A stretch of 62,975 bases of DNA, the filler included, from Octopus bimaculoides (lineage: Eukaryota), in NCBI RefSeq assembly GCF_001194135.2. It is 7 parts of 7 records of this genome, joined end to end, with 100 filler letters (N's around TTAATTAATTAA, not from the genome) between each part and the next. Parts side by side here need not be neighbours in the genome. Positions count along the whole stretch, not along the records: positions 49,686 to 57,719 come from NC_068988.1; positions 57,820 to 60,126 come from NC_068999.1; positions 60,227 to 62,975 come from NC_068984.1; 4 more parts are not named here. One strand, 5' to 3'. Positions 52,066-62,975 of this stretch are shown here, piece by piece. The stretch's first letter is position 1; every line of letters starts with the position of its first letter. A program made the position numbers and the translations under genes. The notes under the pieces were generated by a model. That model made no database searches. It was not told the DNA's origin and saw only the letters and a list, made by a program, of their open reading frames with translations.

Positions 52066-52374
52066 CATGTATATCTATATNNNNNNNNNNNNNNNNNNNN
52101 NNNNNNNNNNNNNNNNNNNNNNNNNNNNNNNNNNNNNNNNNNNNNNNNNNNNNNNNNNNNNNNNNNNNNNNNNNNNNNNNNNNNNNNNNNNNNNNNNNNN
52201 NNNNNNNNNNNNNNNNNNNNNNNNNNNNNNNNNNNNNNNNNNNNNNNNNNNNNNNNNNNNNNNNNNNNNNNNNNNNNNNNNNNNNNNNNNNNNNNNNNNN
52301 NNNNNNNNNNNNNNNNNNNNNNNNNNNNNNNNNATATATACATACGTATATATATATATATGTCTGTATGTATC

Positions 52375-52705
52375 TGTCTGGCTTCCATGCCGGAGGCATG
52401 TAAAAAACACCATTTGAGCGTGATCATTACCAGCGTCGCCTTACTAGCACTTGTGCAGGTGGCACGTAAAAAACACCATTTGAGCATGGCCATTGCCCGT
52501 ACCGCCGGACTGGCCCTCATGCCGGTGGCATGTAAAAGCACCCACTACACTCTTGGAGTGGTTGGTGTTAAAAAGGGCATCCAGCTGTAGAAACTCTGCC
52601 AGATCAGATTGGAGCCTGGTGCGGTCATCTGGTTCGCCAGTTCTCAGTCAAATCGTCCAATCAGGCTAGCATGGAAAGTGGACGTTAAACGACAATGATG
52701 ATGAT
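52375..52705 (+). mobile_element. SINE family E
   Basis: Internal tandem taaaaaacaccatttgagc units; tail cgttaaacgacaatgatgat. Confidence 0.85.
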
Positions 52706-52809
52706 ATGTATGTTTGTATGTATATATATATATGTATGTATATAGATATGTATATATACATATATATTTTATATTTTATATTTTGCATTCTATATATTAT
52801 TATATTATA

Positions 52810-53130
52810 TCATATATGTCCGTTATCGATCCACCTAGTTCCACACAAACCCAAAATTTCCAATTTGTAATTGCCCATTTCTTTGCTAATATTTTCACAC
52901 TTTCCAGCAGTAAACATTGTTCGAATATTCCATGCACCAAACCTCATGGAATCCTTTGTCGAAAGCAGTATCGGCCAACTAGCTTCCCTAGGGCTTTGAC
53001 TATTCGGCGTATTAAACACCTTTGACTCTGGAAACCTTCGGTTGGTAAATTAATACGACAAGACTTGTCAACTATCAGTGTTTTCGTAATCAATTTGAAA
53101 ATCCATTGCATGGGTGATTAGCCTATTCAA
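52810..53130 (-). mobile_element. RTE LINE 5' end (APE endonuclease N-terminus), inverted relative to the RT at 53265
   Basis: RFGAWNIRTMFTAGK..ISKEMGNYKLEILGLCGTRW is the typical start of an RTE endonuclease. Confidence 0.8.
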
Positions 53131-53264
53131 CTGCACTGTCCGGCGGTACGGGCAATGGCCATGCTCAAATGGTGTTTTTTACGTGCCACCTGCACAAGTG
53201 CCAGTAAGGCGACGCTGGTCAGCTTTACCTGTTTCCATCTCTCACGACGAGGATGAGGAGTTGG

Positions 53265-54276
53265 GCTTTGAGAGATAGAAATAGCGGTAGAAATGTTTCA
53301 TCCATTATTTTCTAAGATATGGCAGGAAGAAAATGTGCCTAATGATTGGAAAGAGGGACTTATTGTAAAATTGCCAAAAAAGGTGATTTAAGCGTTTGCG
53401 GAAATTATAGAGGGATTATGTTATTATCGACTCTCAGAAAAGTTTTTAACAGGATACTTTTGGAGTGGATGAGGACATCAGTCGACATATTGTTGCGTAA
53501 AGAACAAGCCAAGTGTAGATCAAATTGCCACTCTTCGCATCATCTTAGAGCAAAGCACAAAGTGGAATGCACCGCTTTATATTAATTTTATTGATTTCGA
53601 AAAAGCATTCGATAGTGTAGATAGGGAAGGCTTATGGAAAATTATGCAGCACTACGGCATACCAGACAAGTATATATCTATAATAAGAGCAACTTACCAA
53701 GGAATATCATGCCGAGTCTTGCATGTAAACAGAGCTACGGATAAATTCGAAGTAAAAACAGGAGTTCGACAGGGCTGTATACTTTCTCCCTTTTTATTTC
53801 TACTAGTTATAGATTAGATTATGAAGGAAACTACGATTGAAAGCCAAACAAGCATTGAATGGACGGATGCAGAAGCTCTAGAAGATCTCGACTTTGCAGA
53901 TGATATAGCACTACTTTCACAAACATATAGCCAAATGCAAAATAAAACGTCAAAATTAGAAGCAATAACTGCCAAACTAGGATTGAAAGTCAACCACGAC
54001 AAATCAAAAATTATGCGCATTAATGAAGAAAACAGTAAACATATTAAACTAGAAACTGGTGAACTAGAGGATATAACTAAGTTTACGTATTTAGGTAGTA
54101 AGATAACATTCTCAGGCAGCACCGACAAAGATATTAAGACGAGAATAAGTAAGGCAAGGACCACTTTCCACCTGTTAAAAAAAGTATGGAGCGCAAGTGT
54201 AATTTCAATAAAGAACAAAATAAGAATTTTTAACACTAACATAAAAGCTGTGTTATTGTATGGGGCTGAGACATGG
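53265..54276 (+). mobile_element. RTE-1/SR2-like LINE RT fragment (a)
   Basis: KIWQEENVPNDWKEG, NYRGIMLLS, FIDFEKAFDSV, GVRQGCILSP, LEDLDFADDIALL, AVLLYGAETW. Confidence 0.9.
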
Positions 54277-55591
54277 CTGTGAAGCATGGCAGTTTGCACA
54301 CATGTATTGTACAATCTACCTTTCACTCTGAGCGAGGAGCCCTTTGTCACCAGTAGGGGTAGAAGTTTTCTGAACTTTGCCCAGGCTATTCTTATTCTAG
54401 TGGTAACACTCTCTGAGCATCCACCCCCACTACAGACTTGNNNNNNNNNNTTCTTATTCTAGTGGTAACACTCTCTGAGCATCCACCCCCACTACAGACT
54501 TGGTCACCTAGGTAGTGGAAGCTATCAACTACTTCTAGTTTCTTCCCTCGGCATGTGATGGAATCTATTTTCTGAGCATCTGTGGTATTTATTGTCCCTG
54601 TGCATCTGCCGCACACGAAAGCTATCTTCCCGGTTAATCTTCCTTTGCTATTGCTGCACCTCTTATGTGTCCATAGCTTACACCGGGTACATCTTATGGA
54701 GTTTCTACCTACACCTTTTCTACAGATCAAGCAGGGCCACCTACCTGAAGGGGTTTGTGATGTGTTTGCTTTCCTACTGACTAGAGCTTTGGTCTTTATG
54801 ACATTGACTCTAAGGCCCTTCGATTCTAAACCTAGCTTCCACACCTGAAATTTCTTCTCTAGCTCTGGTAGTGATTCTGCTATGAGGGCCAGGTCATCAG
54901 CATAGAGGCGCTCCCAGGGGCAACCTGTCTTGAATTCCTCTGTTATTGCCTGGAGGACTATGATGAATAAAAGGGGACTGAAGGCTGATCCTTGGTGGAC
55001 CCCTACTTCTCCCCAAATTCTTCACTATACTCATTGCCAACCCTAACCTTACTAACGGCATCTCTGTATAAGGCCTCTACAGCCCTTATTAACCATTCAT
55101 CAATCCCTAGTTTCCACATCGCCCACCAGATAAGGGACTGGGGGACCCTGTCAAAGGCTTTCTCCAATTTCACAAAAGCCAAGTATAAGGGTTTATCTTT
55201 GGCTAGGTATTTCTCCTGTAGTTGCCGCACCAGGAATGGTGCTTCTACCTGGCACAAAGCCAAACTGCATCTCATCTAAATAGACTCTCTCCTTAATTAG
55301 TTGAGCTATGACACTCTCCATGACCTTCATTACCTGATCCAGCAGTTTGATACCCCTGTAGTTATTTCTATTTAAAGCATCATCTTTACTCTTGTAGTAG
55401 TTGGCTATGGTACTACTATGCCAGTTATTGGGTATGACTCCATCATGAACTACCTGGTTTACAATGCAGGTGATTAGGCCATAGCCCACAGTAACAGATG
55501 TTTTAAGCATCTCAGCAGTGATTCCTGATGGGCCAAGGGCTTTTCCTGGCTTCATACCCTTAATTGCTTTATCTACCAGGGTGCTGTCTAT
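54277..55591 (-). mobile_element. Second RTE-clade LINE RT fragment (b) with a Cys-rich insert
   Basis: GKALGPSGITAEML, NYRGIKLLDQVMKV, LEKAFDRVP, GLRVNVIKTK, WPCLICRKGVGRNSIRCTRCKLWTHKRCS. Confidence 0.85.
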
Positions 55592-57428
55592 TCATTTTCC
55601 ACGTTCAGCAGTCTTTCATAATGGCTTCTCCAAGCCTCAACAAAGACCTATCATTAAATTCCATGCCCTCAATAGATGAGGTAATGATAGCAATAAGTAA
55701 ATTGAATCTTGGTAGGGCTCCTGGAAGGGATGGAATTTGTGCTGAGGTCTTGCAATTTGGTGGTGATTACATCATACAATCCCTTCATGAAGTTATTAGT
55801 GTAGTCTGGAGGGATGGTGCAATGCCTAAGGACTGGAAGGATGCAATTATTCCTCCTCTCTATAAAGGAAAAGGAGCTAGAATAATGTGTGGTGACTACA
55901 GAGATATTGGTCTACTATCAGCTGCTGGCAAAGTTCTGGCATATATTCTTACCTGCCTGAATGGGTGTCTCGTAAATGATGTCCTCTCTGAATCTCAATG
56001 TGGCTTCCAGTCTGGTAGAGTAGCAATGGAGACAGATGCAGAAGTGCTATGAGCAGAATGTGGATCTTGTCCAGTTATTCATTGATTTAACCAAGGCCCT
56101 TGATACTGTGAATAGGGCCTTACTATAGAAAATACTTGGCAAACTTGGATGTCCAGATCACTTTGTATCTATAATTAAATCATTTCATGATGGGATGGAG
56201 GCTTGGGTCAATGTTGGTGGTGGCATGACAAGACCCATTCCTGAAGAGAATGGTGTCAAGCAGAGTGATATCCTTGCCCCAACTCTCTTTTCTTTGTACT
56301 TTGCTCTCTGGTTAGCTCTCTGGGAACATATGTCAGATATTGATCTTCTAGCCGCCTCTTTAATCTGCACTGATTTGCTGCCAATTCAAAAATTTTCCAG
56401 TCTCTCATTCGTGACCTCCTTTATGCAGATGACTGTAACTTAGTCACTCATACAGTGGATGACATGCAAATACTTAGGAATTGTATTTCTGCTTCTTGCA
56501 AGGCATTTGGACTCAGCATTAGCCTAGACAAGACTGTTTTAATGTTCCAACCTGCACCAGGAAATCCATATGTGGAACCAGCTATCTTGGTTCCAATACT
56601 GAAAGTGGAAGACAAGTTTGTCTACCTGGGTAGCACACTCAGCCATTCTTGATCCCTGGATGATGAAATATTTTTCAGGCTGCAGAAAGCAACTGATTCC
56701 TTCTGGTCTCTTCAGTCTCGTGTCTGGTCCCAGCATGGCATCACAAGGCAAACAAAAATTACTGTGTACCGTGCATGTGTACTGACATCACTCTTTTACT
56801 CATGTGAGACATGGACCCTTTACAAACGTCATATAAGGGTCCTTGAACGCTTTCATCAGAGATGTCTGAGACACATTCTGAATGTTAGCTGGACCTTAAA
56901 AACTCCAGACACACAGGTCCTAAGGAAAGCTGATATCTTGAGTATTAAGGCAATGTTGCATAAGCACCGATTACGTTGGACTGGACACCTTATTAGACTG
57001 AAGGATAGTAGGATCCCTGAACAGATGCTATATGGGGAACTTGTAAGTGGAAAGAGACTCCAGCAGAAACCAAGGCTGTGATTTAAGGACTGCGTCAAAT
57101 CCTCATTAAAGGCCTGTGATATGCAGGAGACTGACAGGGAAAGCAATGCCTGTCATCGCCACAGATGGAGGAAGCAGGTTAAGGAGGGGGTCGACACCTT
57201 TGAGAGAGCACATATTCTGCATGAAGAATTTACTCGTGTTGCTCGAAAGTGCACTGCTAGTGTAATGAATGGGGAAAACTTTGTTTGCAGTGATTGCAGT
57301 CATGTATGCTTGTCAAGAGCAGGGCTCATTAGCCACAAACAGAGCTGTAAAGGCAAAATATGTTAGTCCTAGAGCACACAATGTTCCTAAAGATCAGCAA
57401 TGGTTTTCCTCAGTCACTAGTGGACGGC
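55592..57428 (+). mobile_element. Third RTE-clade (BovB-like) LINE, RT to 3' end (c)
   Basis: GRAPGRDGICAE, DWKDAII, LYADD (frameshifted), YRACVLTSLFYSCETW, RFHQRCLR, C-terminal CSDC..C.SRAGLISH. Confidence 0.9.
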
Positions 57429-57719
57429 CATCATCATCATCATCGTTTAACGTCCGCTTTCCATGCTAGCATGGGTTGGACGATTTGACTGAGGACTGGT
57501 GAAACCGGATGGCAACACCAGGCTCCAATCTAATTTGGCAGAGTTTCTACAGCTGGATGCCCTTCCTAACGCCAACCACTCAGAGAGCGTAGTGGGTGCT
57601 TTTATGTGTCACCCGCACAAAGGCCAGTCAGGCGGTACTGGCAACAGCCATGCTCGAAATGGTGTCATTTATGTGCCACCCGCACAAGAGCCAGTCCAGG
57701 GCACTGGCAACGATCTCGC
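57429..57719 (-). mobile_element. SINE family E
   Basis: Starts catcatcatcgtttaacgtccgctttccatgctagcatggg, the reverse of the family E tail. Confidence 0.85.
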
Positions 57720-58469
57720 NNNNNNNNNNNNNNNNNNNNNNNNNNNNNNNNNNNNNNNNNNNNTTAATTAATTAANNNNNNNNNNNNNNNNNNNNNNNNN
57801 NNNNNNNNNNNNNNNNNNNAAATATATATATGGCAACACATACCCATAAAATTCTCAAACAGGTTTGAAAGGTACATAACACGCACACCTGTACAAAATA
57901 CATGCATAATTACATGCAGCACAAGATACGTAGCTTAACGCATGCACACACACAAAGGTATACACTAATACACCCACCCACACCCACACACGGAAACACA
58001 CCTCTCCATCTTTATATCAATGCATTTATCTCCCAATTCCGTCACCAAATTAAACCATTTTATAAAATCTGCTTCTTCATCATATTCCACACGTCATGCC
58101 GTGTGATAAACACTACGCTGCATAGAATATAATACAATATCATATTTAGAGGCATGTGATATCACACGGTAATTACATGGCTTTGGAGTGTGACATTTGA
58201 AAGAAAGATATCAGCGTTTATCATATCGTGAATTATCTCACACTATCTCAAATATGAATATCATGTATCGCATGACTTTCTGCTTAGTCAATTACGACGT
58301 GTGAAATACCGTTGATATCAACACGGTTCGTGATAGCAGGTGTGCACATGCATCGTATCGTAGTTGCAGAAATCTCGCTGCAGTGTGCAGTAGAATGCAC
58401 CACGGTGACCTTGTGGCAAACTGGATAATGTGGAATTATGTATGAAAGATGAAACGCTGAATGATGCCT

Positions 58470-58854
58470 GGCGCTTTCGGTGTGTGTGTGTGTGTGTATG
58501 CGTGTGTGTGTGTATGTGTGTCTCGGTGTCTATGTGCGTGTGCTCGTGTGTGTAAGTGTGTGTGTGTGTATGCATTTGTGTCTGGCTGTCTATGTGCGTG
58601 TGTGTAAGTGTATGTGTCTATTTATGTGTGTGCGTGTGTGTATGTGTGTGTGTATGTATGTGGGTGAGTGTATGTGTCCTCGCTTGTCTGTGTGTTTGTC
58701 TGGTTCACCACTTATCTGAGTGAGCTTTTATACGTGTGAATGTAGGTATATGAATATACGGGTGTGTGTGTGTCTGTGTGTGTGTCTGTGTGCATGTGTG
58801 TGTCTGTGTGCATGTGTGTGTGTGTTTGTGTGTATATATATATATGTATGTATT

Positions 58855-58902
<48 letters not shown>

Positions 58903-59820
58903 CATGTTTATATATATATATGAATATATGCATGCATATANNNNNNNNNNNNNNNNNNNNNNNNNNNNNNNNNNNNNNNNNNNNNNNNNNNNNNNNNNNN
59001 NNNNNNNNNNNNNNNNNNNNNNNNNNNNNNNNNNNNNNNNNNNNNNNNNNNNNNNNNNNNNNNNNNNNNNNNNNNNNNNNNNNNNNNNNNNNNNNNNNNN
59101 NNNNNNNNNNNNNNNNNNNNNNNNNNNNNNNNNNNNNNNNNNNNNNNNNNNNNNNNNNNNNNNNNNNNNNNNNNNNNNNNNNNNNNNNNNNNNNNNNNNN
59201 NNNNNNNNNNNNNNNNNNNNNNNNNNNNNNNNNNNNNNNNNNNNNNNNNNNNNNNNNNNNNNNNNNNNNNNNNNNNNNNNNNNNNNNNNNNNNNNNNNNN
59301 NNNNNNNNNNNNNNNNNNNNNNNNNNNNNNNNNNNNNNNNNNNNNNNNNNNNNNNNNNNNNNNNNNNNNNNNNNNNNNNNNNNNNNNNNNNNATATATAC
59401 GTCTCCACTTGCACATATGCATATGTATTTATATAAACATAGAAAGATATACTTATACAGACACGTACATACGCATATACATATATATACATTTCTTTAC
59501 AAACACATATGTTAAATGTAAAACGAAAAAGAAGAAAACATTTCCACTGCCAAAAATGAAAAAAAAAAAAAAAAAAACTGAAGAGGAGAAAAAAATCAAA
59601 GACAGAGAGAAAGAATTGCGATTCAAGTTAACAGCCTGCTTCCTTTTGAGTCACGAGTTTAATTCCATGGAATTGGAAAGTCTGTTACTCTAGACATTAG
59701 TCTGTATATACGTGTGTGTATAGTGTATATACATGTGAGTACACACACACACATATATATATATATATACTTTTGCATGTATGTATGTATAAATGTATAT
59801 ATGTATATATTTGTATGTTT

Positions 59821-59861
<41 letters not shown>

Positions 59862-60126
59862 TGTGTATATATATATACGCACACATTACAGACATTCAAT
59901 CTTTTATTGTCATTTGAAAATAAAACTATTCTAACACACACATATATAAATGCATACACACATATATATATATGCATATACATACCTACACACATACTCA
60001 TATACATACATATACATATAGAATACATATACATATGAGTGTGTGTGTCTGTGTATAAATATAAGCATACATACTTTCATATATACATACATACATATGA
60101 ATCTCTAATGTCTATGTCGATATATA
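58470..60126. repeat. GT/TA/CA low-complexity region with gap
   Basis: Direct reading. Confidence 0.85.
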
Positions 60127-60226
60127 NNNNNNNNNNNNNNNNNNNNNNNNNNNNNNNNNNNNNNNNNNNNTTAATTAATTAANNNNNNNNNNNNNNNNNN
60201 NNNNNNNNNNNNNNNNNNNNNNNNNN

Positions 60227-60267
<41 letters not shown>

Positions 60268-60309
60268 TACAGATATATATATATATAAATAAATAGATAT
60301 ATGTATATA

Positions 60310-61400
60310 CAGGGGTTGGACAAAATAATGGAAGCACCTTAAAATTTCAAACAAATTTATTTTAACATGGGGTAGGATCACCTTTGGCAGTAATTACAAC
60401 TTGAATTCTATGAGGTATGGACTTGTACAAAGTTTGAATTCCTTCCAAAGGAATTTTTTGTCCATTCTTCAACTAAAACAGTTTCCAGTTCCTGTAGTGC
60501 TGGAGGATATCGACTCCTTAATTCTTTTTCTAAAATGCACCATTAATGTTCAATAATATTGAGATCTAGGGACTGTAGTGGCCAGATAAGATGTTCAACT
60601 TCACAAGAATGTTTCTCGTGCCATTCAGTAACAACTTTAACTGTGTGAATTGGCGCATTATCCTGAAAGATTGCATTCCCTCCGGAAACAGTTCCACAAC
60701 CATAGGATGAATTTCATCAGATAAATTGCTTAAATAGTCTTGACTATTAATTCTGCCATGAAGGGAAACCATTAGGCCAGTGGATTTCCAAGATACAGCC
60801 CCCAGATCATCACAAATCCTCCTCCATGTTTAACGGTTGGAAGAATGCAGTCTGGATCAAATGCTTCTTTTGGCTGTCTCCACATATACTTGGTCGGTGA
60901 TCAGAAGTAAGGTAAAGGATGACTCGTCCCAGAAAATAACATTCTTCCACTGCTCTAGGGACCAATTCTGTAGGTTTTTACTCCACTCTAAACGTTTTGC
61001 AATGTTTTCTTTTGAAAGTAATGGTTTTCTGATTGCAGCCCTCCCGTGGAATCTGGCTTTGTGCAGCTCCCAGCGAACAGTTTTTGTGGAAACTGGGTTC
61101 ACGCTGTGGTCATTAAGCTCTGCAGTTATTTTGGGAGCTGTACTTGTTTTCATTATGCTAGTGCCTGCCATACGAGCACCAACAATTTGGCCTCTTTGAA
61201 AGTCTGATAGATCTGTCATTTTAATTACCTTTTTCTGATGATATCTGAAAAGAAGCAGAAATTTTGGCAAAACATATTAAGCAACACTAATAATAAATAA
61301 AAAAAAACGTAAAAATAAGGAAGTTTTTTATGGTTTTATAGATATTTCAAAATTATGATGCCATGATGCTAGGTGTTTCCATTATTTTGTCCAATCCCTG
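60310..61400 (-). mobile_element. Tc1-like DNA transposon with both TIRs and TA flanks, internally deleted and decayed
   Basis: TIRs CAGGGGTTGGACAAAATAATGGAAGCACCT and aggtgtttccattattttgtccaatccctg. ORF MTDLSDFQRGQIVGAR...RKPLLS...WKNVIFWDES; frameshifted IFQDNAPIH and WPLQSLDLNIIEH. Confidence 0.92.
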
Positions 61401-61794
61401 TATATATGTATATATATATATATATGCTAATATTGAACAGTGCGAATGAGGGTTCAACACTGCATTGGTGATAAATATTCTTTATTTGTGGGTCTACAAG
61501 GCTACCAGTAGTTTCATGTAGAGATAAGACCACTTTGTAATTTTCCAGCACATCATATGAAAACATTGGTGCTTATCTCTAACTTGGTCAAAAATACTCA
61601 TTCACATCTCACATCCAAAATGGAGATGAGCACCAACATTCCAATGCCGTGCACTTGAAAATTGCAGCAAAGAAATCTATCTCTACATAAAACATTCGGT
61701 AGCTTTGTTAACTCACAAATAAAGTATATACATGTATGTATGTATGTATTTATGTATGTGTGTGCATGTGTGTATGTATGCATGTATTCTTTTG

Positions 61795-61990
61795 TTCTTT
61801 TATTTGTTTCAGTTATTTGACTGTGACCCTGCTGGAGTACTGCCATAAAGGGTTTTAGTTGAAAAATCAACCTCAGGACTTATTTTTTGTAAGCCAAGGA
61901 CTTATTCTATCATTCTTTTTTGCTGAACCACTAAGTTATGGGGACATAAACACACCAGCATTGATTGTCAAATGATGGCAGGAAACAAAC
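61795..61990 (-). mobile_element. SINE family A, 3' half
   Basis: ttgtttcagttatttgactgtgaccctgctggagtac...gctgaaccactaagttatggggacataaacacaccagc. Confidence 0.7.
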
Positions 61991-62975
61991 ATAGACACAC
62001 ACATATTATAGCCTTATCACATTATAGATGATAAGCAGCTTTCTTTATTATAGTACAGATGTAACTAACTCGGCGAAACATTACTCTCATTGTTGAAACA
62101 TCGTCGCTCTCGTTATGCAACACTTTGTAATTTTGGTTGAAATTGAAAGTGTGAAACTATTTTTACTTTCTAATGAAACCTGGTCATTGTAGAGTAGTGT
62201 CTTTCAAATAACTATAGCTGGTTGTTGAGATAATGTAAGAATATATGTAAATGAAAATATAGTTTATTTGGTAGCCAAAAAATTGCTGAATATTTTGATA
62301 ACCCATACGTCAAATTTCGAAATGCATAAGGAACATATGCACACACACACACACACATTCTCTCACTTTTAGAACATACATAAGGTATGAAGCATTAGCA
62401 TTTCTCTGTCACCTTCTATCCCTGGCTTTCATCTTCTATAGAAACTTGTTTTCTGTTTCTGTTTCTTTCTCTTGTCTCTGTCTTTTACTCATTTTATGTT
62501 TCTCTTGCTCGCTCATTCCGTAAAAATTTATTTGAAGAGAGCCGAAATTGAAAGAAGAGAAAGCAAAAAGGGCAGAGAGAAAGGAAGTGAAGGAGATGAG
62601 AAAGTGAAAGATGTATGTACGTGTATATGAAATGGACGTGTGTGTGTGTGTGCGTGCATACTCGTGTATGTGATAGAGAGAAAGAGACAGAGATAGAGTG
62701 AGTGAGTGAAAGTGTGTGTCATGATGATTGATGTCTTTTAAGGTGCACACACATACAGAAAATGTGACGTCATCGTCGTCATCGTATAAAATGTTTATGA
62801 TAGTTGATTTATGGAAAAGATTATAATGTTAAATTTTTGAAATGCAAATATGTGAATGGAAATTAAGTTTAGTTTGTAATCGAAATGGTACTGAATATTT
62901 TGATACCCCATACATCAAAATTGGTAACTCGGTTTTGGAATGTATAAGGAATATATATATATATATATATATATA

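Noticed and set aside
54390-54500. ~50-bp direct duplication flanking a 10-N gap inside RTE fragment b
   Set aside because: Assembly overlap artefact.
19892-60182. Six TTAATTAATTAA 12-mers embedded in N runs
   Set aside because: Artificial six-frame-stop scaffold spacers, not biology. They split the window into seven blocks whose adjacency is unverified.

Overview
AT-rich, repeat-dominated, gapped animal genomic DNA. The SINE, LINE and microsatellite content looks like an octopod cephalopod (Octopus-like); this is inferred from repeat recognition, not a search. I recognise no intact, nameable protein-coding gene, rRNA, tRNA gene or CRISPR array. Most ORF-track entries are microsatellite or N-gap artefacts. 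The real coding signal is decayed mobile-element sequence: Penelope-like elements (RT, GIY-YIG), an I/Jockey-like remnant, a CR1/L2 3' end, three R4/Dong-like fragments (restriction-like endonuclease type), four RTE fragments, a Helitron Rep pseudogene with 23-aa N-terminal repeats interrupted by a piggyBac-like end, two mariner fragments, a Tc1-like element, MITEs and at least five SINE families. Six 100-bp N-TTAATTAATTAA-N spacers are artificial scaffold joins, so adjacency across them is unproven. The best leads are a low-confidence minus-strand micro-exon gene model (22.9-26.8 kb), a perfect 142-bp palindrome (18.3 kb), (TAA)n-stacked Dong-like LINEs, STPR-like repeats in the Helitron, hammerhead-like Penelope motifs, and an RTE +/-/+ mosaic joined at homologous motifs. 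I found no convincing novel system.
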